From contig NZ_CP107551.1 in assembly GCF_025837095.1 (NCBI RefSeq), positions 950,352 through 974,351 on the forward strand: a DNA stretch of 24,000 nt, in the 5' to 3' direction. The notes beneath the pieces were generated by a model. That model ran no database searches. It saw nothing but the letters and a program-made list of their open reading frames with translations, and had not been told where the DNA came from. The DNA comes from Rhodococcus sacchari. GTDB taxonomy: Bacteria; Actinomycetota; Actinomycetes; Mycobacteriales; Mycobacteriaceae. The translations under genes and the position numbers were made by a program. Shown here piece by piece: positions 15,820 to 22,585 of the stretch. The stretch's first letter is position 1, and each line of letters starts with the position of its first letter.

Positions 15820-17085
15820 ATGCGGTCGGTTGAGGATCAGCAGGCCAGGGTCACGGCAGCAGCGGTGGCGCCCCGGCCGGTCCGGGTGGCGATCTCCGAG
15901 GCGCAGGGTCTGCTGTGCGCGGAGGAAGTGGTCACCGAGCGGCCACTGCCCGGCTTCGACCAGGCCGCCATCGACGGCTACGCCGTCCGCAGCGTCGACC
16001 TCCAGCCCCCGGCCGCCGACCAGGACTCCGGCGAGGAGGGTGCCGCGCCTGCCGAGGTGACCCTTCCCGTCGTCGGGGAGGTGCGGGCCGGGTCCCGGCA
16101 GCCCATCCGGCTGCAGCCGCGTCAGGCCGTGCGCGTCGACACGGGCGCCCCGCTGCCGACCCTCGCCGACGCCGTGCTGCCGCTCGACAACACCGACCGC
16201 GGCGCGGCCCGGATCAAGGTGCTCGAACCGGTCCGGTCCGGCGACTACGTGCGCCGCACCGGCGACGACGTCCAGCCGGGCGACGTCGCGGTACGGGCCG
16301 GCACGATCATCGGCGCCGCCCAGGTCGGCCTGCTCGCGGCGGTCGGCCGCGACAAGGTGCTCGTCCATCCGCGTCCCCGCCTGTCGGTCATCTCGGTGGG
16401 CGGTGAACTCGTCGACATCGACCGCACGCCCGGCCCCGGCCAGGTCTACGACGTGAACTCCTACGCGCTCGCCGCCGCGGCCCGTGACGCCGGCGCCGAC
16501 GTCAACCGGGTCGGCATCGCCGGTACCGACCCGAAGCGGCTGCGCGAGGTCGTCGAGGGTCAGCTGATCCGCGCCGAGATCGTGGTGATCGCCGGTGCCG
16601 TGGGCGGCGGTGCCCTCGAGGAGGTCCGCGAGGCGCTGTCCGATCTCGGGGAACTCGAGGTCGAGCGGATCGCGATGCACCCCGGCTCGGTCCAGGGCTT
16701 CGGCCGGCTCGGCCGCGACGAGGTCCCGACCTTCCTGCTGCCCGCCAACCCGGTGAGCGCGCTGGTCGTCTTCGAGGTGATGGTCCGTCCGCTGATCCGC
16801 ATCGCCCTCGGCCGCCGCCAGCCGATGCGCCGCATCGTCTCGGCCCGCACGGTCGCGCCGATCACCTCAATCCCGGGTCGCAAGGGCTTCCTGCGCGGGC
16901 AGCTCATGCGCGACGAGACCACCGGCGACTATCTCGTGCAGGCCCTCGGTGGGGCGGCCGGGTCGTCGTCGCACCTGCTCGCCACCCTCGCCGAGGCCAA
17001 CTGTCTCGTCATCGTCGACCCCGACGTCTCCGAGATCCGCACGGGAGATCAGGTGGACGTCGCGTTCCTCGGGCAGCGTGGTTGA
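15820..17085 (+). CDS. moeA: molybdopterin molybdenumtransferase MoeA / gephyrin-like protein (Glp)
   Basis: ORF track 15820..17085. The MoeA fold signature includes PLPGFDQAAIDGYAV, GDYVRRTGDDVQPGDV, LSVISVGGELVD, YDVNSYALAAAARDAG, VVIAGAVGGG and MHPGSVQGFG. The position matches moeA1 (galU-moeA-rimJ). Confidence 0.9.
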   Translation: MRSVEDQQARVTAAAVAPRPVRVAISEAQGLLCAEEVVTERPLPGFDQAAIDGYAVRSVDLQPPAADQDSGEEGAAPAEVTLPVVGEVRAGSRQPIRLQPRQAVRVDTGAPLPTLADAVLPLDNTDRGAARIKVLEPVRSGDYVRRTGDDVQPGDVAVRAGTIIGAAQVGLLAAVGRDKVLVHPRPRLSVISVGGELVDIDRTPGPGQVYDVNSYALAAAARDAGADVNRVGIAGTDPKRLREVVEGQLIRAEIVVIAGAVGGGALEEVREALSDLGELEVERIAMHPGSVQGFGRLGRDEVPTFLLPANPVSALVVFEVMVRPLIRIALGRRQPMRRIVSARTVAPITSIPGRKGFLRGQLMRDETTGDYLVQALGGAAGSSSHLLATLAEANCLVIVDPDVSEIRTGDQVDVAFLGQRG

Positions 17086-17720
17086 TGACCCGTCATCCGG
17101 GCTGGCCGGCTGAGCTCGGGCCGTTGCGGGTGGCGGGGGGAGTGGTGACCGTGCGGCCCGTGCGGCTGCGCGACGCCTCAGCGTGGAGCCGCCTCCGTCT
17201 CCGCGACCGCGCCCATCTCGAACCATGGGAACCCACCGGCGAGGCCCCCTGGGACCTGCGGCACCACATCTCCGTGTGGCCCGGCCTGTACCGGAGCCTG
17301 CGCGCCGAGGCGCGCAAGGGCGGCATGTTGCCGATGGTGATCGAACTCGACGGCCGGTTCTGCGGTCAGCTCACCGTCGGCAACATCGTGCGTGGCGCGC
17401 TGCGGTCGGCGTGGATCGGCTACTGGGTCGAGAAGGAGGTCAACGGCCTCGGTGTGGCGACCGCCGCGGTGGCGCTCGGCCTCGACCACTGTTTCGGCCC
17501 CGTGGGACTGCATCGCGTGGAGGCCACCGTGCGGCCCGAGAACGACGCCAGCCGCGCGGTACTGCGCAACGTCGGTTTCCGTGAGGAGGGCCTGCTGAAA
17601 CGCTATCTCGACGTGGCGGGCCGTTTCCGTGATCATCTTCTGGTGGCCATGACGGTCGAGGAGGTTCCGGGGACGGTCTCGGATCGCCTCGTCCGCGCCG
17701 GTCGCGCCTCCTGGACCTGA
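17085..17720 (+). CDS. rimJ: GNAT-family N-acetyltransferase, RimJ-like
   Basis: ORF track 17082..17720, where the track start is a TTG. I prefer the adjacent ATG at 17085, which overlaps the moeA stop (TGATG). The acetyl-CoA-binding region is IGYWVEKEVNGLGVATAAV. The segment LHRVEATVRPENDASRAVLRNVGFREEG is typical of RimJ/RimL-type GNATs. Confidence 0.85.
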   Translation: MTRHPGWPAELGPLRVAGGVVTVRPVRLRDASAWSRLRLRDRAHLEPWEPTGEAPWDLRHHISVWPGLYRSLRAEARKGGMLPMVIELDGRFCGQLTVGNIVRGALRSAWIGYWVEKEVNGLGVATAAVALGLDHCFGPVGLHRVEATVRPENDASRAVLRNVGFREEGLLKRYLDVAGRFRDHLLVAMTVEEVPGTVSDRLVRAGRASWT

Positions 17721-17979
17721 ACCCCGGCATTCCTCTCGAGTCGGATACGTCCGGATGTGTAACGCAGGTTACGTCGAACTCGAGTAACAGTCCCCAGCGC
17801 AAGTGGGATTTGTGTGATTAGAGTGAAGAAAGTGTCAGTTGGTTTCGCGTGACTCGAGTGACTTCTGTGTCGTTTGAGTCGGCGTTTCTGAACGGGTAAT
17901 TGCAGTGATGCCATTAGCCTGATGTAGGTCGGTGGCGTCGACGGGCTGGTAAGGCGACGACTGGGAGGAGGGCCGCCGG

Positions 17980-18795
17980 ATGCCGAATTCGCTTCTGTGG
18001 ATCGGGCTCGTTGCCGTGTGGCTGTTCGTTCTGGTGCCGATGCTGGTCACGAAGCGTCCTCGAATCCGGCAGACGACCGACGTCGCTCTCGCCACGAGAG
18101 TCCTGCGCCGCGGAGACGACGAGCCGATCACCCCTCGCGGGCCGGCCGCCGGGCACCGCAGCGATCCCCATTGGCGTCCGAGTCGCGACCGCACGCACCG
18201 CCATCCCGCGGAGGACCGCATGAACACTCAACTCGACGACACATCCGATCTCGATTCCGACGACACGGTCTCGTCCGGCGAGCCGGTGACCGCCGCAGCC
18301 GAGCGCGAGTTCGTGCCGCAGCGGCGGGGACGCGGTGGTTTCGACCCCCAGGCCGACGCCGCCGCCCGTGCCGCCCGCTACGAGTTCCGGCAGCGGACGG
18401 TCCTCGGCCTGCTGATCGCCGCCATCATGACGGGCGCGCTCGCGCTCATCGTCTCGCCGGCGATGTGGTGGCTGGCCGGTCTCGCGGGCGTCGCGCTCGT
18501 CGGCTACCTCTTCTATCTGCGCCGCCAGGTGCGGCTCGAGCAGGAGATCCGGCGGCGTCGTCTCGCGCGGTTGCAGCGCTCCCGTCACTCCGGCGCCCAT
18601 GCAGACGAGGACCGTGCGGACGTCCCGGATCGGCTGCGTCGCCCCGGCGCGGTGGTGCTCGAGGTCGACGACGAGGACCCGGCCTTCGAACATCTCGACC
18701 GCTACGACGCCGACCTCGGTCACGGCCCCGACGTCCGGTCGCGGGGCTACGACGATCACGACGACTACGTGGTTCCCCGCGCCGCCGGGGAGTGA
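17980..18795 (+). CDS. Rv0996-like membrane protein, candidate Glp receptor (GlpR-like)
   Basis: ORF track 17980..18795, with a GGGAGGAG RBS at 17963-17970. There is an N-terminal TM helix (LLWIGLVAVWLFVLVPMLV) and a central TM hairpin (VLGLLIAAIMTGALALIVSPAMWWLAGLAGVALVGYLFYL). The rest of the protein is highly charged and disordered. The position after moeA-rimJ matches Rv0996. Confidence 0.75.
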   Translation: MPNSLLWIGLVAVWLFVLVPMLVTKRPRIRQTTDVALATRVLRRGDDEPITPRGPAAGHRSDPHWRPSRDRTHRHPAEDRMNTQLDDTSDLDSDDTVSSGEPVTAAAEREFVPQRRGRGGFDPQADAAARAARYEFRQRTVLGLLIAAIMTGALALIVSPAMWWLAGLAGVALVGYLFYLRRQVRLEQEIRRRRLARLQRSRHSGAHADEDRADVPDRLRRPGAVVLEVDDEDPAFEHLDRYDADLGHGPDVRSRGYDDHDDYVVPRAAGE

Positions 18796-18808
18796 TCTTC
18801 GACTCCGG

Positions 18809-18841
18809 AGAGGGGTCCGCATCGGCGGTGCGGGCCCCTCT
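18809..18841 (+). terminator. stem-loop terminator after the GlpR-like gene
   Basis: AGAGGGGTCCGCA (18809-18821) pairs with TGCGGGCCCCTCT (18829-18841) around a 7-nt loop. The stem is 13 bp including one U-G wobble, which pairs only in the plus-strand RNA. It is followed by TCTCGTCGT. Confidence 0.7.
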
Positions 18842-18953
18842 TCTCGTCGTCCGGGCCCTGCGAAACGCCGTCCCATCTGCGCGGATACCCCGATTTCGTG
18901 ATGCGGGACCCGGTTTGCTAGAGTTTGCTGGTCGGTTCCGCGAGGAACCGAAT

Positions 18954-19026
18954 GGGGCTGTGGCGCAGTTGGTAGCGCGCTTCGTTCGCATCGAAGAGGT
19001 CAGGGGTTCGATTCCCCTCAGCTCCA
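18954..19026 (+). tRNA. tRNA-Ala (anticodon CGC)
   Basis: The sequence is GGGGCTGTGGCGCAGTTGGTAGCGCGCTTCGTTCGCATCGAAGAGGTCAGGGGTTCGATTCCCCTCAGCTCCA. It folds as a cloverleaf with acceptor stem GGGGCTG/CAGCTCC, including the G3:U70 Ala identity pair. The anticodon stem is CTTCG/CGAAG with loop TTCGCAT, giving anticodon CGC. The T-arm is AGGGG-TTCGATT-CCCCT and the discriminator is A. CCA is not encoded. A possible -10 TAGAGT lies at 18919-18924. Confidence 0.95.
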
Positions 19027-19033
19027 CCCCCTA

Positions 19034-19062
19034 CGAAAGCCCCGCCTCAGGCGGGGCTTTCG
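19034..19062 (+). terminator. intrinsic terminator after tRNA-Ala
   Basis: A perfect 13-bp stem forms between CGAAAGCCCCGCC (19034-19046) and GGCGGGGCTTTCG (19050-19062), with a 3-nt loop. It is followed by TCGTT. Confidence 0.8.
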
Positions 19063-19116
19063 TCGTTCCGCCGTCAATCCGTGGAAAGTCCCGAACGAAC
19101 CCGGCAGACTTGTGTC

Positions 19117-19272
19117 ATGGACCACAGGATGAGTGACGACGAACTTCGCCGCGCGATCCGAACGCTGCGCGAGCGTGCGGATCTGGCGCGTAACGAAGGA
19201 CGCAACGACGACGCAGAGATGATCGAACGCACCATTCAGGAGTATCAGGAGGAGATGGCCCAGCGACTGTGA
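19117..19272 (+). CDS. small helical hypothetical protein (51 aa)
   Basis: ORF track 19081..19272, trimmed to ATG 19117. The protein is MDHRMSDDELRRAIRTLRERADLARNEGRNDDAEMIERTIQEYQEEMAQRL. TGGAAA (19082-19087), 17 nt, CAGACT (19105-19110), 6 nt, then the ATG resembles a sigma-A promoter driving a leaderless mRNA. Third-position GC is lower than in neighbouring genes, so its coding status is not secure. Confidence 0.45.
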   Translation: MDHRMSDDELRRAIRTLRERADLARNEGRNDDAEMIERTIQEYQEEMAQRL

Positions 19273-19359
19273 GTGTCCGATCCCGGTAACACCCATCCGC
19301 AGGGCGGTCCCGTGGCGCGCCGGACCCCTGCGCGTGGCCACGACCATTAGTGTGTCGCC

Positions 19360-20208
19360 ATGGCGATCACTGACCTGCGCGGAACCAAATTCCTCGTCAC
19401 GGGCGCGGCCAGCGGCATCGGCCGCGCCCTCGCCCTGTCCGCCGCCGACCGGGGAGCCCGGCTCGTCCTCACCGACCTGAAGGCCGACGCCCTCGCCGAG
19501 GTCGTCCGCCTCGTCGAGGAACGCGGCGGCACCGTGCTGCACGCCGCGGCTCTCGACATCGCCGACCACGACGCCGTCACCGCCTTCGCCGAGGACGTGC
19601 ACGCCGAACACGGGTCGCTCGACATCGTCGCCAACGTCGCCGGGGTGTCGGTGTGGGGCACCGTCGACCGGCTGAAGCACGAGCACTGGAAGCTCATGGT
19701 CGACGTCAACCTCATGGGCCCCATCCACGTGATCGAGAACTTCGTCCCACCCATGATCGAGGCCGGCCGCGGCGGGCACATCGTCAACGTCTCCTCGGCC
19801 GCCGGTCTGCTGGCCCTGCCCTGGCACGCCGCCTACAGCGCGAGCAAGTTCGGTCTGCGCGGCGTCTCCGAGGTGCTGCGCTTCGACCTCAAGCGCGACG
19901 GCATCGGTGTGTCCCTCGTCGTGCCGGGCGCGGTGCGCACCCCGCTCGTCGACACGGTGCAGATAGTCGGCGTCGACCGCGACCGGCCCGAGGTCCGCAA
20001 GCTCACCGAACGGTTCGTGCGTCACGCGGCGAGCCCGGAGAAGGTGGCCGAACGCATCGTCACCGGCATCCTGAAGAACCGGTTCATGGTCTACACGTCC
20101 TTCGACACCCGGTTCGGCTACTGGTGGGCCCGCAAGTTCGCCCCGCCCTACAACCTCGTCATGCAGGCGGCCAACGACTACTTCCGGCGGGTCGTCGGCA
20201 CGAAGTGA
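19360..20208 (+). CDS. short-chain dehydrogenase/reductase (SDR) family oxidoreductase
   Basis: ORF track 19360..20208. It has a TGAASGIG cofactor-binding motif, NVAG, a catalytic S...YSASK, and PGAVRTPL. TAGTGT (19348-19353) lies 6 nt upstream of the ATG and there is no SD, so the mRNA is likely leaderless. Confidence 0.9.
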   Translation: MAITDLRGTKFLVTGAASGIGRALALSAADRGARLVLTDLKADALAEVVRLVEERGGTVLHAAALDIADHDAVTAFAEDVHAEHGSLDIVANVAGVSVWGTVDRLKHEHWKLMVDVNLMGPIHVIENFVPPMIEAGRGGHIVNVSSAAGLLALPWHAAYSASKFGLRGVSEVLRFDLKRDGIGVSLVVPGAVRTPLVDTVQIVGVDRDRPEVRKLTERFVRHAASPEKVAERIVTGILKNRFMVYTSFDTRFGYWWARKFAPPYNLVMQAANDYFRRVVGTK

Positions 20209-20214
20209 CGATTC

Positions 20215-20252
20215 CGGTGGATCCGACCCCGCTTCCCGGGGTTCGATCCACC
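20215..20252. terminator. long hairpin between the convergent SDR and nitrobindin-like genes (probably bidirectional terminator)
   Basis: CGGTGGATCCGACCCCG (20215-20231), loop CTTC, then CGGGGTTCGATCCACCG (20236-20252). This gives 17 stem positions with one C/C mismatch and one G-T pair. It starts 7 nt after the SDR stop. Confidence 0.7.
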
Positions 20253-20271
20253 GAAGTCGGGTGGACCGAGG

Positions 20272-20739
20272 TCAGGCGGACGCGCGCCGCAGCTCGGCGT
20301 GCAGATGATGCGTCAGCGGGGTGTCCGCGTGCGCCATCCACAGGTCGTAGACCAGCACGTCGCCGTCCAGCTCGAAACGCCGCCGTACCTCGTGCACCGG
20401 CTTGGCGTCCGGCGACCGCTCGAGGACGTGGGTGGCGAAGTCGAGAACCCCACCCTCGGGGCGGGTCCGCTGGATCTCGACGAACCCGGTGGGCTGCGAG
20501 ACGAGCAGCTCGACGTCGTCCCCGCAGCGCCTCAGGTAGCCGTTCTCCGTGTGCAGGGGGCGGCCCTCGGTGCGGTGCCGGGTGCGGCTGACGTACATGA
20601 GGAAGGGCTTGCCGGGCACGGTGGCGAACTCGATCGTCTCGTCGTACGAGAAGTCGTCGATGGTGGGGTAGTGGCCGTCGCCGCCCCCTGCCCAGCGTCC
20701 GGCGAACGGTGCCAGGCACCCGAGCGGGTCGTCGGTCAT
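20272..20739 (-). CDS. nitrobindin / FABP-like (DUF1794, THAP4-type haem-binding beta-barrel) family protein
   Basis: ORF track 20272..20739(-). The pattern L.P..GRWAG.G.G.YPTI..F.Y.E...F....GKPFL.Y.S.T......PLH.E.GYLR.C......EL......G..EI is collinear with M. tuberculosis Rv2717c as I recall it. The C-terminal segment ...GD.L.Y...MA......HHLHAELRR, including a C-terminal His, also matches. A GGAAGGGA RBS is present. Confidence 0.8.
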   Translation of the reverse strand: MTDDPLGCLAPFAGRWAGGGDGHYPTIDDFSYDETIEFATVPGKPFLMYVSRTRHRTEGRPLHTENGYLRRCGDDVELLVSQPTGFVEIQRTRPEGGVLDFATHVLERSPDAKPVHEVRRRFELDGDVLVYDLWMAHADTPLTHHLHAELRRASA

Positions 20740-20752
20740 GGGATCCCTTCCG

Positions 20753-20788
20753 TGTGCTCTTCGTTGCGCATGTGTTCTTCGTTGCGTT
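20753..20788. repeat. 18-bp tandem direct repeat (2 copies) in the divergent nitrobindin/arcA promoter region
   Basis: TGTGCTCTTCGTTGCGCA (20753-20770) is followed immediately by TGTGTTCTTCGTTGCGTT (20771-20788). The copies are identical at 15 of 18 positions, and the first 16 nt differ at only one. Confidence 0.6.
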
Positions 20789-20848
20789 GTCGCGGCAACT
20801 CGACGCGCCTGACCCGGATGGTGGGACGCTGCGCGATACCGTGAGCAT

Positions 20849-22060
20849 ATGAGTCATCACTGGGGTGTCGAGTCCGAAGTCGGTGAACTCCGCGCAGTGA
20901 TGCTGCACCGGCCCGGCGCCGAACTCGAGCGCCTCACACCGCGCAACAACGACCAGCTGCTGTTCGACGCGCTGCCCTGGGTCGCACGGGCCCAGGAGGA
21001 ACACGACGCCTTCGCCGAGCTGCTCCGTAGCCGCGGCGTGCAGGTCCACCTGCTGTCGGATCTGCTCACCGAGACACTCGAGGTCAGCGGCGCCGCCCGC
21101 GTGCAGAGCGTCTCGTCCGCCGTCGACGCACGCCGCCTCGGGTTCGCGCTCGCGGACGAGCTGGCCGGTCACCTGCGGTCGCTGCCCGCCCCCGAACTCG
21201 CCCGGATCCTCATTGCGGGCATGACCTTCGACGAACTGCCCGCCGTGGGGAGCGGCGCGGCTCCCTCGCTCGTGCGGCTGATGCACCACGGCTCGGATTT
21301 CGCGATCGACCCGCTGCCGAACCTGCTGTTCACCCGCGACTCGTCGTTCTGGATCGGCTCGCGCGTCGCGATCCCCACGCTGGCGCTGCCGGCGCGGCGC
21401 CGGGAGACGAGCCTGACCGACCTCATCTACGCCTTCCACCCGCAGTTCCTCAACGTGCGGCGCGCCTACGAGTCGCACACCGCGCCCGTCGAGGGCGGCG
21501 ACGTGTTGCTGCTCGCTCCCGGTGTCGTCGCGGTGGGGGTGGGGGAGCGGACCAGCCCCGCCGGCGCGGAGGCACTGGCCCGCAGCGTCTTCGAGGACGG
21601 GCTCGCGCACACGGTGCTGGCGGTGCCGATCGCGCAGCAGCGGGCGTCGATGCACCTCGACACGGTGTGCACGATGGTCGACGTCGATGCGGTGGTGATG
21701 TACCCGGCGATCCGGGACAGCCTGCAGGCGTTCACCCTCCACCAGGAGGACGGCACGGTGCGGATCTCCGGGCCGCGCCCCTTCCTGGAGGCCGCCGCCG
21801 ACGCGATGGGCATCGAGAAACTGCGGGTGATCGACACCGGGCTCGATTCCGTCGTCGCCGAACGGGAACAGTGGGACGACGGGAACAACACCCTCGCGGT
21901 CGCGCCCGGGGTGGTCGTCGCCTACGAACGCAACGTCGAGACGAACACCCGGCTCGAGGACTCGGGGATCGAGGTGCTGCGGATCGCCGGGTCGGAACTC
22001 GGTTCCGGCCGCGGCGGTCCGCGATGCATGTCGTGCCCGCTCGCGCGGGCGGCACTCTAG
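20849..22060 (+). CDS. arcA: arginine deiminase
   Basis: ORF track 20849..22060. The protein begins [59 protein letters not shown]. It also contains [53 protein letters not shown] and the catalytic [16 protein letters not shown] (20837-20842) lies 6 nt upstream of the ATG, so the mRNA is likely leaderless. Confidence 0.95.
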   Translation: MSHHWGVESEVGELRAVMLHRPGAELERLTPRNNDQLLFDALPWVARAQEEHDAFAELLRSRGVQVHLLSDLLTETLEVSGAARVQSVSSAVDARRLGFALADELAGHLRSLPAPELARILIAGMTFDELPAVGSGAAPSLVRLMHHGSDFAIDPLPNLLFTRDSSFWIGSRVAIPTLALPARRRETSLTDLIYAFHPQFLNVRRAYESHTAPVEGGDVLLLAPGVVAVGVGERTSPAGAEALARSVFEDGLAHTVLAVPIAQQRASMHLDTVCTMVDVDAVVMYPAIRDSLQAFTLHQEDGTVRISGPRPFLEAAADAMGIEKLRVIDTGLDSVVAEREQWDDGNNTLAVAPGVVVAYERNVETNTRLEDSGIEVLRIAGSELGSGRGGPRCMSCPLARAAL

Positions 22061-22088
22061 GCCCTCGGGGCCGTCATGCTCCGGGCCG

Positions 22089-22436
22089 TCAGAGGATCTC
22101 GCGTACCTTGTCGACGGGCCGGGCGAGCACGGTGCCCTTGTCGGTCACGACGAGCGGACGCTCGATGAGGATCGGATTCTCGACCATCGCCGCGAGCAGT
22201 TCGTCCTCCGACGCCTCGGCCAGATCCAGTTCCTTGTAGAGCGATTCCTTCTTCCGGATCGCCTGGCTGGGTGTGAGTCCCGCCGCATCGAGCAGCGCCC
22301 GAAGCTCGTCCGCGGAGGGCGGCGTCTCGAGATATTTGATGACGGTGGGTTCGATCCCGTTCTCCTTCAGCAACGCCAAAGTGTTGCGTGACGTGCTGCA
22401 GCGCGGGTTGTGATAGATCGTCGCCGTAGTTGCCAT
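22089..22436 (-). CDS. arsC: ArsC-family arsenate reductase (glutaredoxin/mycoredoxin-coupled, E. coli R773 ArsC type; 115 aa)
   Basis: ORF 22089..22526(-), trimmed to ATG 22436. The protein MATTATIYHNPRCSTSRNTLALLKENGIEPTVIKYLETPPSADEL...NPILIERPLVVTDKGTVLARP aligns with E. coli ArsC (IYHNPACGTSRNTL...HPILINRPIVV), including the catalytic Cys. CAGAAT lies 6 nt upstream of the ATG. No arsB/ACR3 or arsR gene is adjacent. Confidence 0.88.
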   Translation of the reverse strand: MATTATIYHNPRCSTSRNTLALLKENGIEPTVIKYLETPPSADELRALLDAAGLTPSQAIRKKESLYKELDLAEASEDELLAAMVENPILIERPLVVTDKGTVLARPVDKVREIL

Positions 22437-22585
22437 GGCCCGATTCTGCCCTGCCGCGACCCGCCCCCCGAGGTGGCGGCGCCCCGTGTTGCCGGAATTG
22501 TCTCTGTTGAAGGCGGTGCGGAGCATTATTACGATTCTCGGGCCCCGAAAATCCGAATTCCCTCGAGAAAAGGCACGGAGCGCTC

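Noticed and set aside
20236-20262. A tRNA-like T-arm sequence (CGGGGTTCGATCCACCG). It shares GGGGTTCGAT with the T-arm of the tRNA-Ala at 19003-19012, suggesting a tRNA fragment or att-site remnant.
   Set aside because: The T-stem would have a mismatch (CGGGG with CACCG). No anticodon or D-arm can be built upstream, and no CCA or acceptor complement follows. The sequence is fully explained as the 3' arm of the 17-bp terminator hairpin at 20215-20252. There is no integrase or other island hallmark nearby.
18954-20271. Possible genomic island integrated at tRNA-Ala.
   Set aside because: There is no integrase, no direct repeat of the tRNA 3' end downstream, and no obvious compositional break. 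The downstream genes (a small ORF and an SDR) are ordinary.
20770-20844. A 24-codon Arg/Cys-rich upstream ORF ([24 protein letters not shown]) ending 4 nt upstream of the arcA ATG, considered as a possible arginine-sensing leader peptide.
   Set aside because: Its third-position GC bias is weak compared with real genes here, and it has no RBS. The TACCGT hexamer 6 nt upstream of the arcA ATG suggests that arcA is leaderless. That would place the uORF upstream of the transcription start.
20740-20848. A classical palindromic ARG box (ArgR operator) upstream of arcA.
   Set aside because: No TGCAT/ATGCA-type inverted repeat is visible. The only conspicuous structure is the 18-bp direct repeat, which is reported separately.
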